The notes under the pieces: generated by a model
The model's database searches: none
Seen by the model: only the letters and a program-made list of their open reading frames with translations
Told to the model about the DNA's origin: nothing
From: an uncultured bacterium
GTDB taxonomy: Bacteria > Chloroflexota > UBA5177 > JANWHV01
Direction: 5' to 3'
DNA length: 64,000 bases
NCBI GenBank assembly: GCA_963827235.1
Contig: CAWHAE010000018.1
Span: 32,001-96,000, forward strand
Translations under genes and position numbers: made by a program
Shown: positions 11,061-21,200 of the stretch, in pieces
How positions within the stretch are numbered: position 1 is the first letter of the stretch
Layout of the letters: the number at the start of each line of letters is the position of its first letter

Positions 11061-11369
11061 ATGATCGGCACCAACGCAGTGCTTGCAACAGTTACTTTCC
11101 ACAACCCCAGCAGCATCGTGGGATGGATCGTCGTGGGCCTGATCGCGGGATGGGCCGCCGGTCACGTGATGGGAGACGGCGGCTTCGGCGTGGTCGGAGA
11201 CGTCATCGTAGGGCTGGTCGGTGCCGCGATCGGCGGGGTGATCGTTGGCTTCGTCTGGTCGGGCACCACCGGCTTTGCCGGCAGCATCGTGGTCGCCTTC
11301 ATCGGCGCCTGCATCTTGATCTGGCTCGCGCGCGCCCTTTGCGGCGGGCGTACCGCGTCACGCGTGTAG
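11061..11369 (+). CDS. GlsB/YeaQ/YmgE (transglycosylase-associated) small membrane protein
   Basis: WIVVGLIAGWAAGHVM...GVVGDVIVGLVGAAIGG...SIVVAFIGACILIW pattern. Confidence 0.88.
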   Translation: MIGTNAVLATVTFHNPSSIVGWIVVGLIAGWAAGHVMGDGGFGVVGDVIVGLVGAAIGGVIVGFVWSGTTGFAGSIVVAFIGACILIWLARALCGGRTASRV

Positions 11370-11473
11370 CCGCTCGTTAGCACCGGCGCGAGTGAGCCTA
11401 CCGGCCGGGCGTAGTCACCTCCCGGCCGGTTGCATGGCACGACACGGGACGTGCCCCAGGAGAGGCGAGAGGC

Positions 11474-12592
11474 ATGCCGGCACCGTGGCAGCGCGCGCTG
11501 TACTTGCCACTGATCATTTTGGCCTGGCTGGCCGTCTTGTTGGTGGGCGTCTGGCTGCTCAGTCACGTCACCACCACGCTCCTGGTGCTCGGCCTGAGCG
11601 GCATCGTGGCCTACGCCCTCACCCCGGTGGTCTCGGCGCTCTCTCGCTGGCTGCCGCGCGGTATGGCCATAGCCATGGCCTATCTGCTCGGCTTCGCCGT
11701 CGTGTTCGGTCTGCTGGGGCTGATCGTCGACACCGCGGCGAATCAGGTCATTGCACTGGTGAGTCACCTGTCGACCTATCAGCAGCGGCTCGATCGCTTC
11801 ACGCCGCAAATCGTCGACGCGCTCCGCCCGTTCGGCGTGACCCGCGCCAAGCTCGACCACACGCAGCAACAGGCGATCAGCTATCTGAGGGGCCTCGGCA
11901 CTTCGGCTGCGTCGGACTCGCTGGACATCGTCACCGGCGTGGCTAACGCCTTGATCGACCTCGTGCTCATCCTCATCCTCAGTGTCTACCTCACCGCCAA
12001 CGGACCGAGAATCGCCGTGCTCTTGCGCCGGGAGACGCCCGGTGGCCACCGCTGGCGTACCAGCCTGCTGATCGCCATCGTCAACCGGGTGGTCGGCGGC
12101 TACATACGCGGCACACTTACAATGGCCACGCTGGTCGGCGCCCTGGTCGGCGGCGGTATGCTGCTGTTGCATGTCCCGTACGCGATCCTGCTCGGGGTTC
12201 TCGCCTTCTTCATGGAGTTTGTGCCAGTCGTCGGCGTTCTCATATCGGGATCGGTCTGCGTGCTGGTGGCCCTGTTCAAGGGCTGGATCCTTACCCTGAT
12301 CGTCCTGGGCTACTTCGCGCTCGTCCACGTGATCGAGGGCGACGTCGTGGGACCGCGGGTGATGGGAAAGGCGGTGGGAATCCATCCGGCCACGGCGCTG
12401 GTTGGGCTCGTGGCGGGCACGGAGCTATTCGGCCTTTGGGGCGCCCTCTTCGCTGCGCCGCTAGCCGGTCTGCTGCAGGCCATCGCCACGGCAATCTGGC
12501 ACGAGGCGCGCGGACGCGATCCGCATGCAGCGCTCCGCACCGCGCCAGCCGTCGAACCAACGGACGACACGGTGGAGAAGATGGCGGGCTAG
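11474..12592 (+). CDS. AI-2E family transporter
   Basis: AYALTPVVS, GGYIRG, EFVPVVG, IEGDVVGPRVMGKAVGIHP and GLWGALFAAPL motifs. Confidence 0.92.
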   Translation: MPAPWQRALYLPLIILAWLAVLLVGVWLLSHVTTTLLVLGLSGIVAYALTPVVSALSRWLPRGMAIAMAYLLGFAVVFGLLGLIVDTAANQVIALVSHLSTYQQRLDRFTPQIVDALRPFGVTRAKLDHTQQQAISYLRGLGTSAASDSLDIVTGVANALIDLVLILILSVYLTANGPRIAVLLRRETPGGHRWRTSLLIAIVNRVVGGYIRGTLTMATLVGALVGGGMLLLHVPYAILLGVLAFFMEFVPVVGVLISGSVCVLVALFKGWILTLIVLGYFALVHVIEGDVVGPRVMGKAVGIHPATALVGLVAGTELFGLWGALFAAPLAGLLQAIATAIWHEARGRDPHAALRTAPAVEPTDDTVEKMAG

Positions 12593-12611
12593 CGTCGCCA
12601 CGGGAGGCACG

Positions 12612-12643
12612 CCAGGGCCCTGCCGTTGCCGGCAGGGCCCTGG
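12612..12643 (+). terminator. Strong hairpin after the AI-2E gene (probable terminator)
   Basis: CCAGGGCCCTGCCG-TTGC-CGGCAGGGCCCTGG, a perfect 14-bp stem 20 nt after the stop codon. Confidence 0.65.
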
Positions 12644-13107
12644 TTGCTGGTCCCGCATCGTGTCAGTTCTACGTGTTCGCTGCCCACCTGGTATCGCAGG
12701 GTCAGGCAGCATCCCGCTGCAATGTCTGCCGTTGTTTTGGCTGGCGGCGCCGTCGTTCGGTGCCGCTTTCGTCAAGGTAGCCGCGGCGCTGTCCAGCACC
12801 TGTGCGATGTCGTGCGGAACCAGCATGGTATGCAGTGGACTGTCGCTAAGTCCCCACATCGTGAGCATCATACCGGGCCGCACGTCGGAGATGGTGGCGT
12901 TGGGCTTGCCCACCAGCTGTACCGGCGTGGAGGGAGTCACCACGATGCTCGCGAACTCGCCCAGGCGTGAACGCGCTGTTGCGCAGCGGTAAGCATTCAT
13001 AAGCTTTTTGTGAAGAATCCGTGTGCAGCGCGCGGTCCTAATGAGCTGAGCGCCGGCCAATCACTCGATCGGCCGGCGCTGCGTCGTCGCCGTGCGCTAT
13101 CCGCGGC

Positions 13108-14595
13108 TCAGCTGGCTAGACAGTGGACGGCTGCCACCGACATCGGCGGTAGCACCGTGGCCAGCGAGTCTCGCTCGACGCGGATGTCGTCGAAGACCAT
13201 CGGCGACACCGCCGCAGGTTGCTCAAACGTGTTGTGCGCGGACATGCGCCCTGCCGTGAGCAGCGAGCCGGTAGATTCGTCGAGCACGCTGCCCCGAAGC
13301 TCGACCGTCACTGCCGCCTCGTGATGCGGATCGAGGTTGCACAGCGTGAGCAGTAGGGCACCTGACTTTCCGCGGGACGCCGACGCACTGAGCTGCGGGA
13401 TCTGAGCATCGCCAAACGTATAGGAGTCGCACTGGACGCCTGCTGGCAACAGCATGGCATCTTGATGCTCCTTGTAGAGATCGAACACGTGGTAGGTCGG
13501 TGTGGTCAGCATGCGCCGGCCGTCGGTCAGGATCAGGGCCTGCAGCACGTTTACCATCTGGGCCAGGTTCGCCATACGCACGCGGTCGCAGTGACTGTTG
13601 AAGATATTCAGGGTGACGGCGGCGACCAGGGCATCGCGCAGCGTGTTCTGCTGGTACAGGAACCCCGGGTTGGAGCCGGGTTCCGGATCGTGCCAGGCAC
13701 CCCATTCGTCGACCACGAGAGCGACGCGTTTGCCGGGATCCTGCCGATCCATGATCGTGGAGTGGCGCGAGATGAGCTCGTCCATGCGCAGGCACCTCTG
13801 CATGGCGGCGAACCAGAGATCCTCGCCGAAAGCGGTAGCCGAGCCCTTGTGCTGCCAGTCCTGCCCGGACAACGTATAGTAGTGCAGGCTCAGCCCATCC
13901 ATGCAACCGCCCGCCTCGCGCATCAGCACGTCGGTCCAGGAGTAGTCGTCGACATTCGCGCCGGCGGCGATCTTGAATACGGTGTTACCGCCAAAGTTGC
14001 GCACGTAGGTCTGGTACCGGCGATACAGGTCCGCGTAGTACTGCGGACGCATGTTCCCGCCGCAGCCCCAGCTTTCGTTGCCTACGCCGACATAGGGGAG
14101 ACTCCACGGCTCGTCGCGCCCGTTCGCGCGGCGAAAGTCGGCCATGGGAGAACGTCCGTTAAAGGTAACGTACTCCACCCATTGCTGGAGCTCCTGGACA
14201 GTGCCGCTGCCCACGTTCCCGCAGATGTACGGCGCCGCGCCGATCAAGCCGCAGAAGTCGAGGAACTCGTGTGTGCCGAAGTGGTTGTTCTCGGTCACGC
14301 CGCCCCAGTGCGTGTTGACCATGCAGGGCCGATCGGCGCGCGGGCCCACGCCGTCTCTCCAGTGGTACTCGTCGGCGAAGCAGCCCCCGGGCCAGCGAAG
14401 CACCGGCACCTCGATCCGCTGCAGCGCCTCGACCACGTCGAGCCGCAGGCCCCTGACGTTCGGTATCTCCGGATCCTCCCCGACCCAGATTCCCTCGTAG
14501 ATACCTCTGCCCAGGTGCTCGGAGAAGTGCCCGTACACGTTGCGACTGATCAGGTGTTTGCCTCGATCGACGTCGACGACCACTCGGTTCACCAT
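13108..14595 (-). CDS. abfA: Alpha-L-arabinofuranosidase, GH51
   Basis: [30 protein letters not shown] (acid/base Glu), VVDEWGAW (nucleophile) and [12 protein letters not shown] motifs. Confidence 0.93.
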   Translation of the reverse strand: MVNRVVVDVDRGKHLISRNVYGHFSEHLGRGIYEGIWVGEDPEIPNVRGLRLDVVEALQRIEVPVLRWPGGCFADEYHWRDGVGPRADRPCMVNTHWGGVTENNHFGTHEFLDFCGLIGAAPYICGNVGSGTVQELQQWVEYVTFNGRSPMADFRRANGRDEPWSLPYVGVGNESWGCGGNMRPQYYADLYRRYQTYVRNFGGNTVFKIAAGANVDDYSWTDVLMREAGGCMDGLSLHYYTLSGQDWQHKGSATAFGEDLWFAAMQRCLRMDELISRHSTIMDRQDPGKRVALVVDEWGAWHDPEPGSNPGFLYQQNTLRDALVAAVTLNIFNSHCDRVRMANLAQMVNVLQALILTDGRRMLTTPTYHVFDLYKEHQDAMLLPAGVQCDSYTFGDAQIPQLSASASRGKSGALLLTLCNLDPHHEAAVTVELRGSVLDESTGSLLTAGRMSAHNTFEQPAAVSPMVFDDIRVERDSLATVLPPMSVAAVHCLAS

Positions 14596-14866
14596 GCGAA
14601 GTCCATTCTCAACCTGCTCGCAATCCAACGCCAAGTTGCCTGTTAGGCGAACGTCGCCGCGGCGCCGCCGGTCCCGGCTCGCTTCTTGTCGCGGCCACGA
14701 TCACCGAAGCCGCCGCTATGGTGCGATCGATCGCCATCCCCCAACGCAGTGGCTGGGCGCCGGCAGCCTGGGAAGCTGCGTTTCCTGCACAGCGGTTCTA
14801 CCGCCGCCTGTCTGACTAGCCGACCCGGCCAACCCGCGCCCACCAGAGGTGACGATGGGTCCGCCA

Positions 14867-15853
14867 TCACCTCCCCTCTGTCACTGGGTCGGTGGTCGGC
14901 GGCGCCAGAGCCCAACCGGCGGGAGCGACCAATGGGAAGCTTTCACGCCGGCATGCGATCCGTGCGCCCTCCAGCACCAAGTGCGCAACGTGGAGCGACG
15001 AGCGGCGTCTGCCGTAGTCGAGGTCCGGCCCTTGCTCAGCGCCCCTGGCGCTCGGGTGCGTGTGGTAGAAGATGCAGGCGTCATCTCCAAGTACGAGGAC
15101 ATCGGCATGGTGGCCCCGCGGGCCGTCCTCATTGCGCGCGCTCGCGTCGTCGAGAATGAGTCCTTGGTACTGCCACTGCTCGGCGTCGTCAGACCTGTAG
15201 ACTGCCAGGCCATGCCAGGGGTCGGTGACCATCCAGTAGGAACCTTGCCAGCAGAACACGTTCGGGCCTTCGTGCTTACAATCCGTGATCACCGGTCCGA
15301 CAACCGTCCAGTGGTACAGGTCCGGGCTATCGGCGGCGAAGGTATGCTGCTCATGGCGCTCGTCCTTGTACCACAGCCGCCAGAGCCCGTTCGGCAGCCG
15401 ATGCACGCAGGCGTCGATCACCCGGTCGGAGTTCAGATCGAGCACCGATTCGAAGTCCCAATCCCAGAGATTAGCGCTCGTGTAGTGTACGATGCTGGCC
15501 GGCCCGGTCCACGCTTCAGGCACACCGGGAAGATAGCTCACGTACATGTGGTAGCGATCGCCGTGGAATAGGATCTCCGGCGCCCAGTACGTATTGTGTC
15601 CGGGCTCGAAGGCCAGGCCCCGCAGTGTGCCGCGATAGAGCCATGTCCGCCCTTCGTCCGCGGACGCGGCCACGCCCAGATCCGTGCCGTGGAACCAGCC
15701 GAGGCGAGGGCCGGCAACGTTGGCTCGCCGATTGGTGTAGACGATCCACCAGGCGCGCTCCAGATGGTTCCAGATCACCGTCGGGTCCGCTGCCCCATCG
15801 TATATGGGATCGCGGAAGAGTGGCGAGGTCGCGTCCGCGTTCAACGTGTGCAC
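14867..15853 (-). CDS. GH43-like five-bladed beta-propeller glycoside hydrolase
   Basis: DGAADPTV, WAPEI, RVIDACV and HEGPNVF motifs. Lies in the sugar ABC operon. Confidence 0.8.
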   Translation of the reverse strand: MHTLNADATSPLFRDPIYDGAADPTVIWNHLERAWWIVYTNRRANVAGPRLGWFHGTDLGVAASADEGRTWLYRGTLRGLAFEPGHNTYWAPEILFHGDRYHMYVSYLPGVPEAWTGPASIVHYTSANLWDWDFESVLDLNSDRVIDACVHRLPNGLWRLWYKDERHEQHTFAADSPDLYHWTVVGPVITDCKHEGPNVFCWQGSYWMVTDPWHGLAVYRSDDAEQWQYQGLILDDASARNEDGPRGHHADVLVLGDDACIFYHTHPSARGAEQGPDLDYGRRRSSLHVAHLVLEGARIACRRESFPLVAPAGWALAPPTTDPVTEGR

Positions 15854-15858
15854 CCCTT

Positions 15859-16812
15859 CTAGCCTTTGAGCCCGGTAGTCACGATGCCTTGCACGAAGTA
15901 CCGCTGGCCGATGAAGAACACCAGCATGACAGGCAGGATGAAAACCAGGTTGCCCGCAGCCATGAGATTGAACTGGGGTTGTCCACCGGTGCTGCCGGGC
16001 ACGAGATAGCCGATCGGAATCTGTGCCGCCAGCGTGAAGTTATCGCTGTTGAGGAATATCGACTGTGTGAAGAAGTCTCCCCACTGAGCCTGGAAGCTCA
16101 GGATGGCAACCGTGGCGACCACCGGCTTAGAGAGCGGCAGGAAGATCTGGGCGAAGATCCTGAATAGCCCGCAGCCGTCGATGGTCGCCGCGTCCTCCAG
16201 CTCCACGGGTATGGCGCGGAAGAACTGGCGATACAGGAATATGAACATCGACGAACCCAGCGTTGGGCTGGCTGCAGCGCCCCAGAACAGCCACGGCCAG
16301 AAGCTGCCGATCAAGCCCGGAACGTGGGAAAACATGAGGTAGGTGGGAATGACGTACACCAATGCCGGGATCATCATCGTGGCCAGCACAAGTCCAAACA
16401 GCACGTTCTTGCCCCGAGCCTTCAGCCGGGCAAAGGCGAAGCCGACCAGGGCGCTGACGAAGATCGTGGGAATGGTGGCGAGGGCCGACACGACGAAGGA
16501 ATGCTGAGCAAAGGCAGAGTAGTCTATCTGGGGCAGGCTTATGGCATCATGGAAGTTCTGCCACTGCGGCACCGACGGCAGGAAGTGAATGGGATACTGC
16601 TCGAGCTCTCCCTCCGTCTTGAGCGCCGTATCCAGTAACCACAGGAACGGCAGCAGGAAGATGAACGCCAGCATGAGGAGCAGCAGCCACATCGACGCAC
16701 GGCGTATCGTGGCCATACGGCGCCAGCGATTGCTGTCGCGGCTATCCGACGCCTTCCGGGTGGCCCGTGTCTGGAGTGAGGTGCGCAGCGGCGGGTGATT
16801 ATCCGGCTTCAT
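15859..16812 (-). CDS. Carbohydrate ABC transporter permease (MalG-like)
   Basis: IPVELEDAATIDGC EAA loop and GQRYFVQGIVTTGLKG C-terminus. Confidence 0.93.
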   Translation of the reverse strand: MKPDNHPPLRTSLQTRATRKASDSRDSNRWRRMATIRRASMWLLLLMLAFIFLLPFLWLLDTALKTEGELEQYPIHFLPSVPQWQNFHDAISLPQIDYSAFAQHSFVVSALATIPTIFVSALVGFAFARLKARGKNVLFGLVLATMMIPALVYVIPTYLMFSHVPGLIGSFWPWLFWGAAASPTLGSSMFIFLYRQFFRAIPVELEDAATIDGCGLFRIFAQIFLPLSKPVVATVAILSFQAQWGDFFTQSIFLNSDNFTLAAQIPIGYLVPGSTGGQPQFNLMAAGNLVFILPVMLVFFIGQRYFVQGIVTTGLKG

Positions 16813-17772
16813 AGTACACCCACGACTTGCCGGCCCAGAACACGACGGCAGTGATGGCCATGATGATCGCCACCAGGAACCAGAGAAGCGCCGATCCGTA
16901 GCCGTACTCGAAGTTCGCGAAGAATTGCTGATACACGTCCACCATGAAGAAATCGCTGCTGGCCGGTTGCGCCGCCGAGGAGTTTGACATGCCGAGCACC
17001 CCGCCGTTCGAGGTCATCAGCAGCGGCTGAACCACCGTTTGCAGGGCCCACAAGATGTGCAGAATCAGCAGATACATCAGCACGGGCGACAGCAACGGGA
17101 GCGTGACGTGGCGAAACGATCTGCGCGGCCGTTGGCGCCGTCGATCGAAGCCGCTTCGCGCAGCTCGGGCGGCACTCCTTGCAGGCCGGCCAGGATGATC
17201 ACCATGCTGTAGCCGGCGCCGCACCACACCATCAGCACGATGACAGTGAAGAACACTGCCGGGTCGGCCAGCCAGATCGTCGCGGGTCCGCCGAGATTGG
17301 TGATCACCCAGTTGATCACGCCCACGCTGGTATCGAACATGAGCTTCCAGGCCAGGGCCGCCGCCACGATCGGTACGACCGCCGGTACGTAGAAGATCGT
17401 GCGGAAAATGCCCACACCGCGGAAGCGCCGGTTCAGCAACACCGCCAGGCCGAGGGCGCTGCCGAGATTGAGCGGAATCCAGATGAACATGAACTTGAAA
17501 GTGAGCCACAGCGAGGTCCAGGTCTGCGGGTCGTTGAGCATGTCCGAGAAGTTCTGCAGGCCGACCCAGTGCCAGTGACCGCCCATGCCGGAATAGTCGG
17601 TGAAGCTCACGGCCATGGCGTAGATCATCGGAGCCAGCGTGAGAAGAAGGAATCCGATGATCCAGGGAGAGGCAAACACATAGAACGGCAGACTCGACTC
17701 CCGCGACCAGAGTCGATGCCGCCGGCTCCGGGGCGCGGGCCTGACCCCTCGTCGTTGGGCTGTGCCACTCAT
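16799..17772 (-). CDS. Carbohydrate ABC transporter permease (MalF-like), frameshift near 17125
   Basis: ORF 17077..17772 ends after EAASIDGANG. The expected FRHVTLPLLSP...YGYGSALLW continues in the frame of ORF 16799..17509. Confidence 0.85.
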
Positions 17773-17802
17773 GGATGTGCTTTCAGTATTGTGTCTGCCA
17801 GG

Positions 17803-17829
17803 GGTGGGCAGCCATCACGGCTGCCCACC
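17803..17829 (-). terminator. Intra-operon hairpin after the binding-protein gene (partial terminator or stabiliser)
   Basis: GGTGGGCAGCC-ATCAC-GGCTGCCCACC, a perfect 11-bp stem. Confidence 0.55.
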
Positions 17830-17847
17830 ACGCGAACGCCCCGGTGT

Positions 17848-19221
17848 CTAGCTGCTTGCGGCCTTGGTTTGCTTGATTTTCTTGTTGAAGGCAGCTTCGA
17901 GCTGCGCAGCGGCCTTAGCAACCGTAGTCTGGCCCTTGTAGGCCGGGGTCATGTACTGATCGAACAGGGTACCGGCTTCGGCAATCGTAATATAGGGCGA
18001 GTACTGCCCGGGGGTGAAGTACTTCAGCTCGTTCTTCACGCAGGCTATGGCCTCTTTCTGCCAGGGGAGAGTAGCGGGCAGGTCCGCCTCGAGCTGCTTG
18101 AAAGCCGGCAAGCCCCAACCGCTCTTTGCCCGATCGATCGCCGGCTGGTTCTTGGGCCCGAGGAAGTACTCAAGCACGCGCCAGGCGCCATCCTTGTTGG
18201 CGGCATTCTTCATGATCACGGCGCCGACGCCGCCGGAGCATCCGCTCGTCCGCTTGGCGCCGAACTGCGGGGCCGGAAGCAGGCCGCAGTTGCTGTTGTT
18301 CAGGGCCTTGGTGCCGACCACGGCGCCGCCCCACCAGTAGCCGGACTGGACGATAGCGACGCGGTTGGCCTGGAAGAGCCCGAATTGACCGAGAGGCTCC
18401 GGGTCGAGAGCAGACACGGCCACATGGGCCTGGGCAACGTCCGTGTACCACTGCAGCACTTTGAGCGCCTCGGGGCTGGTGAAGCTGGCCGTCAGGCCGT
18501 CCGGGCTGAACATCGAGGAGCCCTGCGAGGCCATCTGGTTGGCCATCTGCACGTAGATCCACTGCACGTCGAATCCGACGCACAGGCCGTAGACCACGGT
18601 TTTGCCGCCCTTGCGCACGGTCAGCTTCTTGCCCAGGGCCAGTAGCTCGTCGTAGCCCAGAGGCGTGGTGCTGCTGGGAATCGGCACGCCAGCCTGCTTG
18701 AACAGGCTGCCGTTGTACCAGAGCTGCTGGTCGAGCGACCAGTCCTTGTCGGCGCCATAGCGCGGCCCGGTGCTCTGCGACTTGCCGTCCCACTGAAACA
18801 GCTTGTTGACCGGCTCCATGTCGGATACCGGGAGCACAGTGCTCTTGGCAAAATACGAATCAAGCGGCTCCAGATCGCCGAGCAGCGCATAGAACGGGAC
18901 GTCGGTCGCGCCCGCGGCGCGGATGACGTCGGGCGGCGTGCCGTTGGCGAGCATGGCGCTGAGGCGCGTCTGCGAGAACTCGATGAAATTGAGCTTGAGG
19001 TCCGGATTGAGCTGCTGGAATTGCTTCTGATACGCCGCTGTGAACTCACCGCTCTGGTACATCACGGTGACCGTGCTGCCTGCATCGTCCCGCGCTGCTT
19101 TCGCCGCCTCGAGATCCAGCTTGGAGAAGACGGAGCCCGCGCCGACAGCCGCGCCGGCTGCGAGGGCAGAGTTGGTCAAGAAACGTCCGCGCGACATTGG
19201 CCGCATTGCTGGCTTATCCAT
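17848..19221 (-). CDS. Sugar ABC transporter substrate-binding protein, Tat-like leader
   Basis: SBP_bac_1-like motifs (GTPPDV, LWYNGSLFKQAGVPIP, AWRVLEYF). Leader reads MSRGRFLTNSALAAGAAVGAG. Confidence 0.9.
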   Translation of the reverse strand: MDKPAMRPMSRGRFLTNSALAAGAAVGAGSVFSKLDLEAAKAARDDAGSTVTVMYQSGEFTAAYQKQFQQLNPDLKLNFIEFSQTRLSAMLANGTPPDVIRAAGATDVPFYALLGDLEPLDSYFAKSTVLPVSDMEPVNKLFQWDGKSQSTGPRYGADKDWSLDQQLWYNGSLFKQAGVPIPSSTTPLGYDELLALGKKLTVRKGGKTVVYGLCVGFDVQWIYVQMANQMASQGSSMFSPDGLTASFTSPEALKVLQWYTDVAQAHVAVSALDPEPLGQFGLFQANRVAIVQSGYWWGGAVVGTKALNNSNCGLLPAPQFGAKRTSGCSGGVGAVIMKNAANKDGAWRVLEYFLGPKNQPAIDRAKSGWGLPAFKQLEADLPATLPWQKEAIACVKNELKYFTPGQYSPYITIAEAGTLFDQYMTPAYKGQTTVAKAAAQLEAAFNKKIKQTKAASS

Positions 19222-19404
19222 GTGAATGTCGCATCCTTTCCCATCTGAACATGATTCACGCATCGCCGAGGAATACTCCGTCGATCAAGCCGCGCTGCTC
19301 GACGCGTATATGCGCCCTTCTGCTGCCTCTCCTCTCCTTCCGGCTGCTTGCCGCTTCTGACCGGCCGCCCCGAAGCTCCGTCGCCGCCGCCCGGCCCGCG
19401 CTAT

Positions 19405-19418
19405 CTTTAGCGTTAAAG
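19405..19418. promoter_or_regulatory. LacI-family operator
   Basis: CTTTAG-CG-TTAAAG imperfect palindrome with a central CG, just downstream of the sugar-operon promoter and beside a LacI gene. Confidence 0.7.
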
Positions 19419-19434
19419 TTCCGCATCGCCGACA

Positions 19435-19463
19435 ACATTAGCACGTTCGCCGAGCCCTGTCAA
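19435..19463 (-). promoter_or_regulatory. Sigma70-type promoter of the arabinoside ABC operon
   Basis: Minus strand TTGACA-17 nt-TAATGT with an extended -10 TG. Confidence 0.7.
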
Positions 19464-19603
19464 TACCTATCGCCGGCCCGTCTCGGCCGCCGATGCGGTG
19501 ACCGCGAGACGCCACTGCCCGGCGTAGCTCCTTGTGGTCCCAACAGCCGGGGAGGGTCGCCGGAGCTACCGGTGGCGCACGCCCGCCGGCCAGGCACGAC
19601 CTG

Positions 19604-19633
19604 TTGACGCAACAGGCGTACTGAGGCTACGAT
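19604..19633 (+). promoter_or_regulatory. Sigma70-type promoter of the LacI gene
   Basis: TTGACG-18 nt-TACGAT. The -35 lies inside the inverted repeat CCTGTTG-ACG-CAACAGG (19600-19616). Confidence 0.6.
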
Positions 19634-19682
19634 TGTCCACAATCTGTTCCGGGCGGGAAATCGACGAGGGTATCGACGTGTC

Positions 19683-20807
19683 ATGGCTACGCTAAAAGAC
19701 GTTGCCGCTCGCGCAGGGGTGTCGACACAGACCGTCTCCAACGTCGTGCGCGGCAAGACGTCCGAAGTCGGCAGCACGACCATTCAGCGCGTCCAGGACG
19801 CGATCGCCGAGCTGAGGTATCAGCCGTCGATGGTAGCGCGCCAGCTCCGCAGCGGGCGCAGCCGGGTCATCGCGCTGATCGTGCCCGACTTGATCAACCC
19901 GTACTTCGCCAAGGTCGCCATGCACGTGATCGCAGCCGCCACCGAACACGGCTACACCGTGCTGATCGATTATACGGCCGGCAGAGCGGAAGCGGAGATG
20001 CGTGCACTGGAAGCACTGCGACCGCACATGATTTCCGGCGCCATCTTCAGTCCTCTGGCGCTCGGCGTGGATGAGCTCGTGGCGCACGCCGGCAAGACGC
20101 CTGTCGTGCTGCTCGGCGAGCACCTGTTCGGGTCGCCGTACGATCACGTGGACGTCGACAACGTCGAAGCAGCCCGTGTGGCGACCTGCCACCTTCTCGA
20201 CCTCGGCCGGCGCCGGATCGCCGCCATCGGCGCGCTCGGTAGCGCCGGCGAGAATACCTCCCGGTTGCGCCTGCAGGGCTATGCTCTGGCACTCGCCTCG
20301 GCGGGTATTGCTCTCGACAAATCGCTGACCGAGGCCGTGCCCAGCAATTCCATGCACCGCCTGGACGGGGCGCAGGCCGTTCGACGGCTACTGGCCAAAG
20401 ATCACCCACCAGACGGCATCTTTTGTTTCACCGACCTGCTCGCGCTCGGGGCCATGCCGGTCCTCCATGAGGCGGGTTGCCGCATACCCGAAGATGTCGC
20501 CGTGGTCGGCTTTGACGACATCGAGGAGTCCCAGCTGGCGTATCCTCCGCTGACAACCGTGGCCGTGAGCACGGAGGACACCTGCAGACAGGCCGTCAGC
20601 CTGCTGGTCGGCCGCATCGACGGAACCTGGACCGGACCGCCGGCGCGCGTGCAGCCACCGTTCGAGCTCGTCGTGCGCGCGAGCACAGTCAGGAAAGCGC
20701 CCTCGGCGGCAGAATTCGCCATCGGCTCCGGCACGGTCGGCGCGATCGGGCAGGCCGGGATTCCCCGCCAACGCACCGTCGCCGCATCGCCGGCCGACCT
20801 GAGCTAA
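19683..20807 (+). CDS. LacI family transcriptional regulator
   Basis: MATLKDVAARAGVSTQTVSNVV HTH, IPEDVAVVGFDD and PPLTTV motifs. Confidence 0.95.
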   Translation: MATLKDVAARAGVSTQTVSNVVRGKTSEVGSTTIQRVQDAIAELRYQPSMVARQLRSGRSRVIALIVPDLINPYFAKVAMHVIAAATEHGYTVLIDYTAGRAEAEMRALEALRPHMISGAIFSPLALGVDELVAHAGKTPVVLLGEHLFGSPYDHVDVDNVEAARVATCHLLDLGRRRIAAIGALGSAGENTSRLRLQGYALALASAGIALDKSLTEAVPSNSMHRLDGAQAVRRLLAKDHPPDGIFCFTDLLALGAMPVLHEAGCRIPEDVAVVGFDDIEESQLAYPPLTTVAVSTEDTCRQAVSLLVGRIDGTWTGPPARVQPPFELVVRASTVRKAPSAAEFAIGSGTVGAIGQAGIPRQRTVAASPADLS

Positions 20808-21200
20808 AAGCAGGCCAGGCCGGGAATCATATTGGCAGCGCGCCTATGAGGCCCCACGATGAATCGTCGGCTACCGCTTGCGGGTGTCCTCTGGGGACCG
20901 GAGTGCGGGTGCCGCCAAGCGCGGAGTTCGCTCTGCCTCTGCGGGTTTCACCATGGTCCGAGAGTAGTGGGATCCGCGCGTGTTCGGCAGTGCTTCAGCA
21001 GGCACCGCGGCCCGCGGGACGTACGCACGGCTACATCCTGCGCTCATGCGCACTTGCTCTGCCGCGCTCGCGGGCTCGCGGCTCGCCGCCTCCGCTGCCG
21101 GGGTCGAGCTTCTGGTACACTGCCAGCAAGACCGGGTGGTGACAGCACGCGAGGTCGAGTTGGTGATGCACGCGACACCTCCCCGCGAGGAGCACCGCCG

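Noticed and set aside
12461-13060. Minus-strand ORF with a protein-like middle segment (IVVTPSTPVQLVGKPNATISDVRPGMMLTMWG)
   Set aside because: Possibly a gene fragment, but it has no credible start, overlaps the AI-2E gene and cannot be assigned to a family.
14643-14915. Short ORF between the GH43-like and GH51 genes
   Set aside because: Low-complexity Arg/Gly/Ala sequence with no motif; probably spacer or a decayed remnant.
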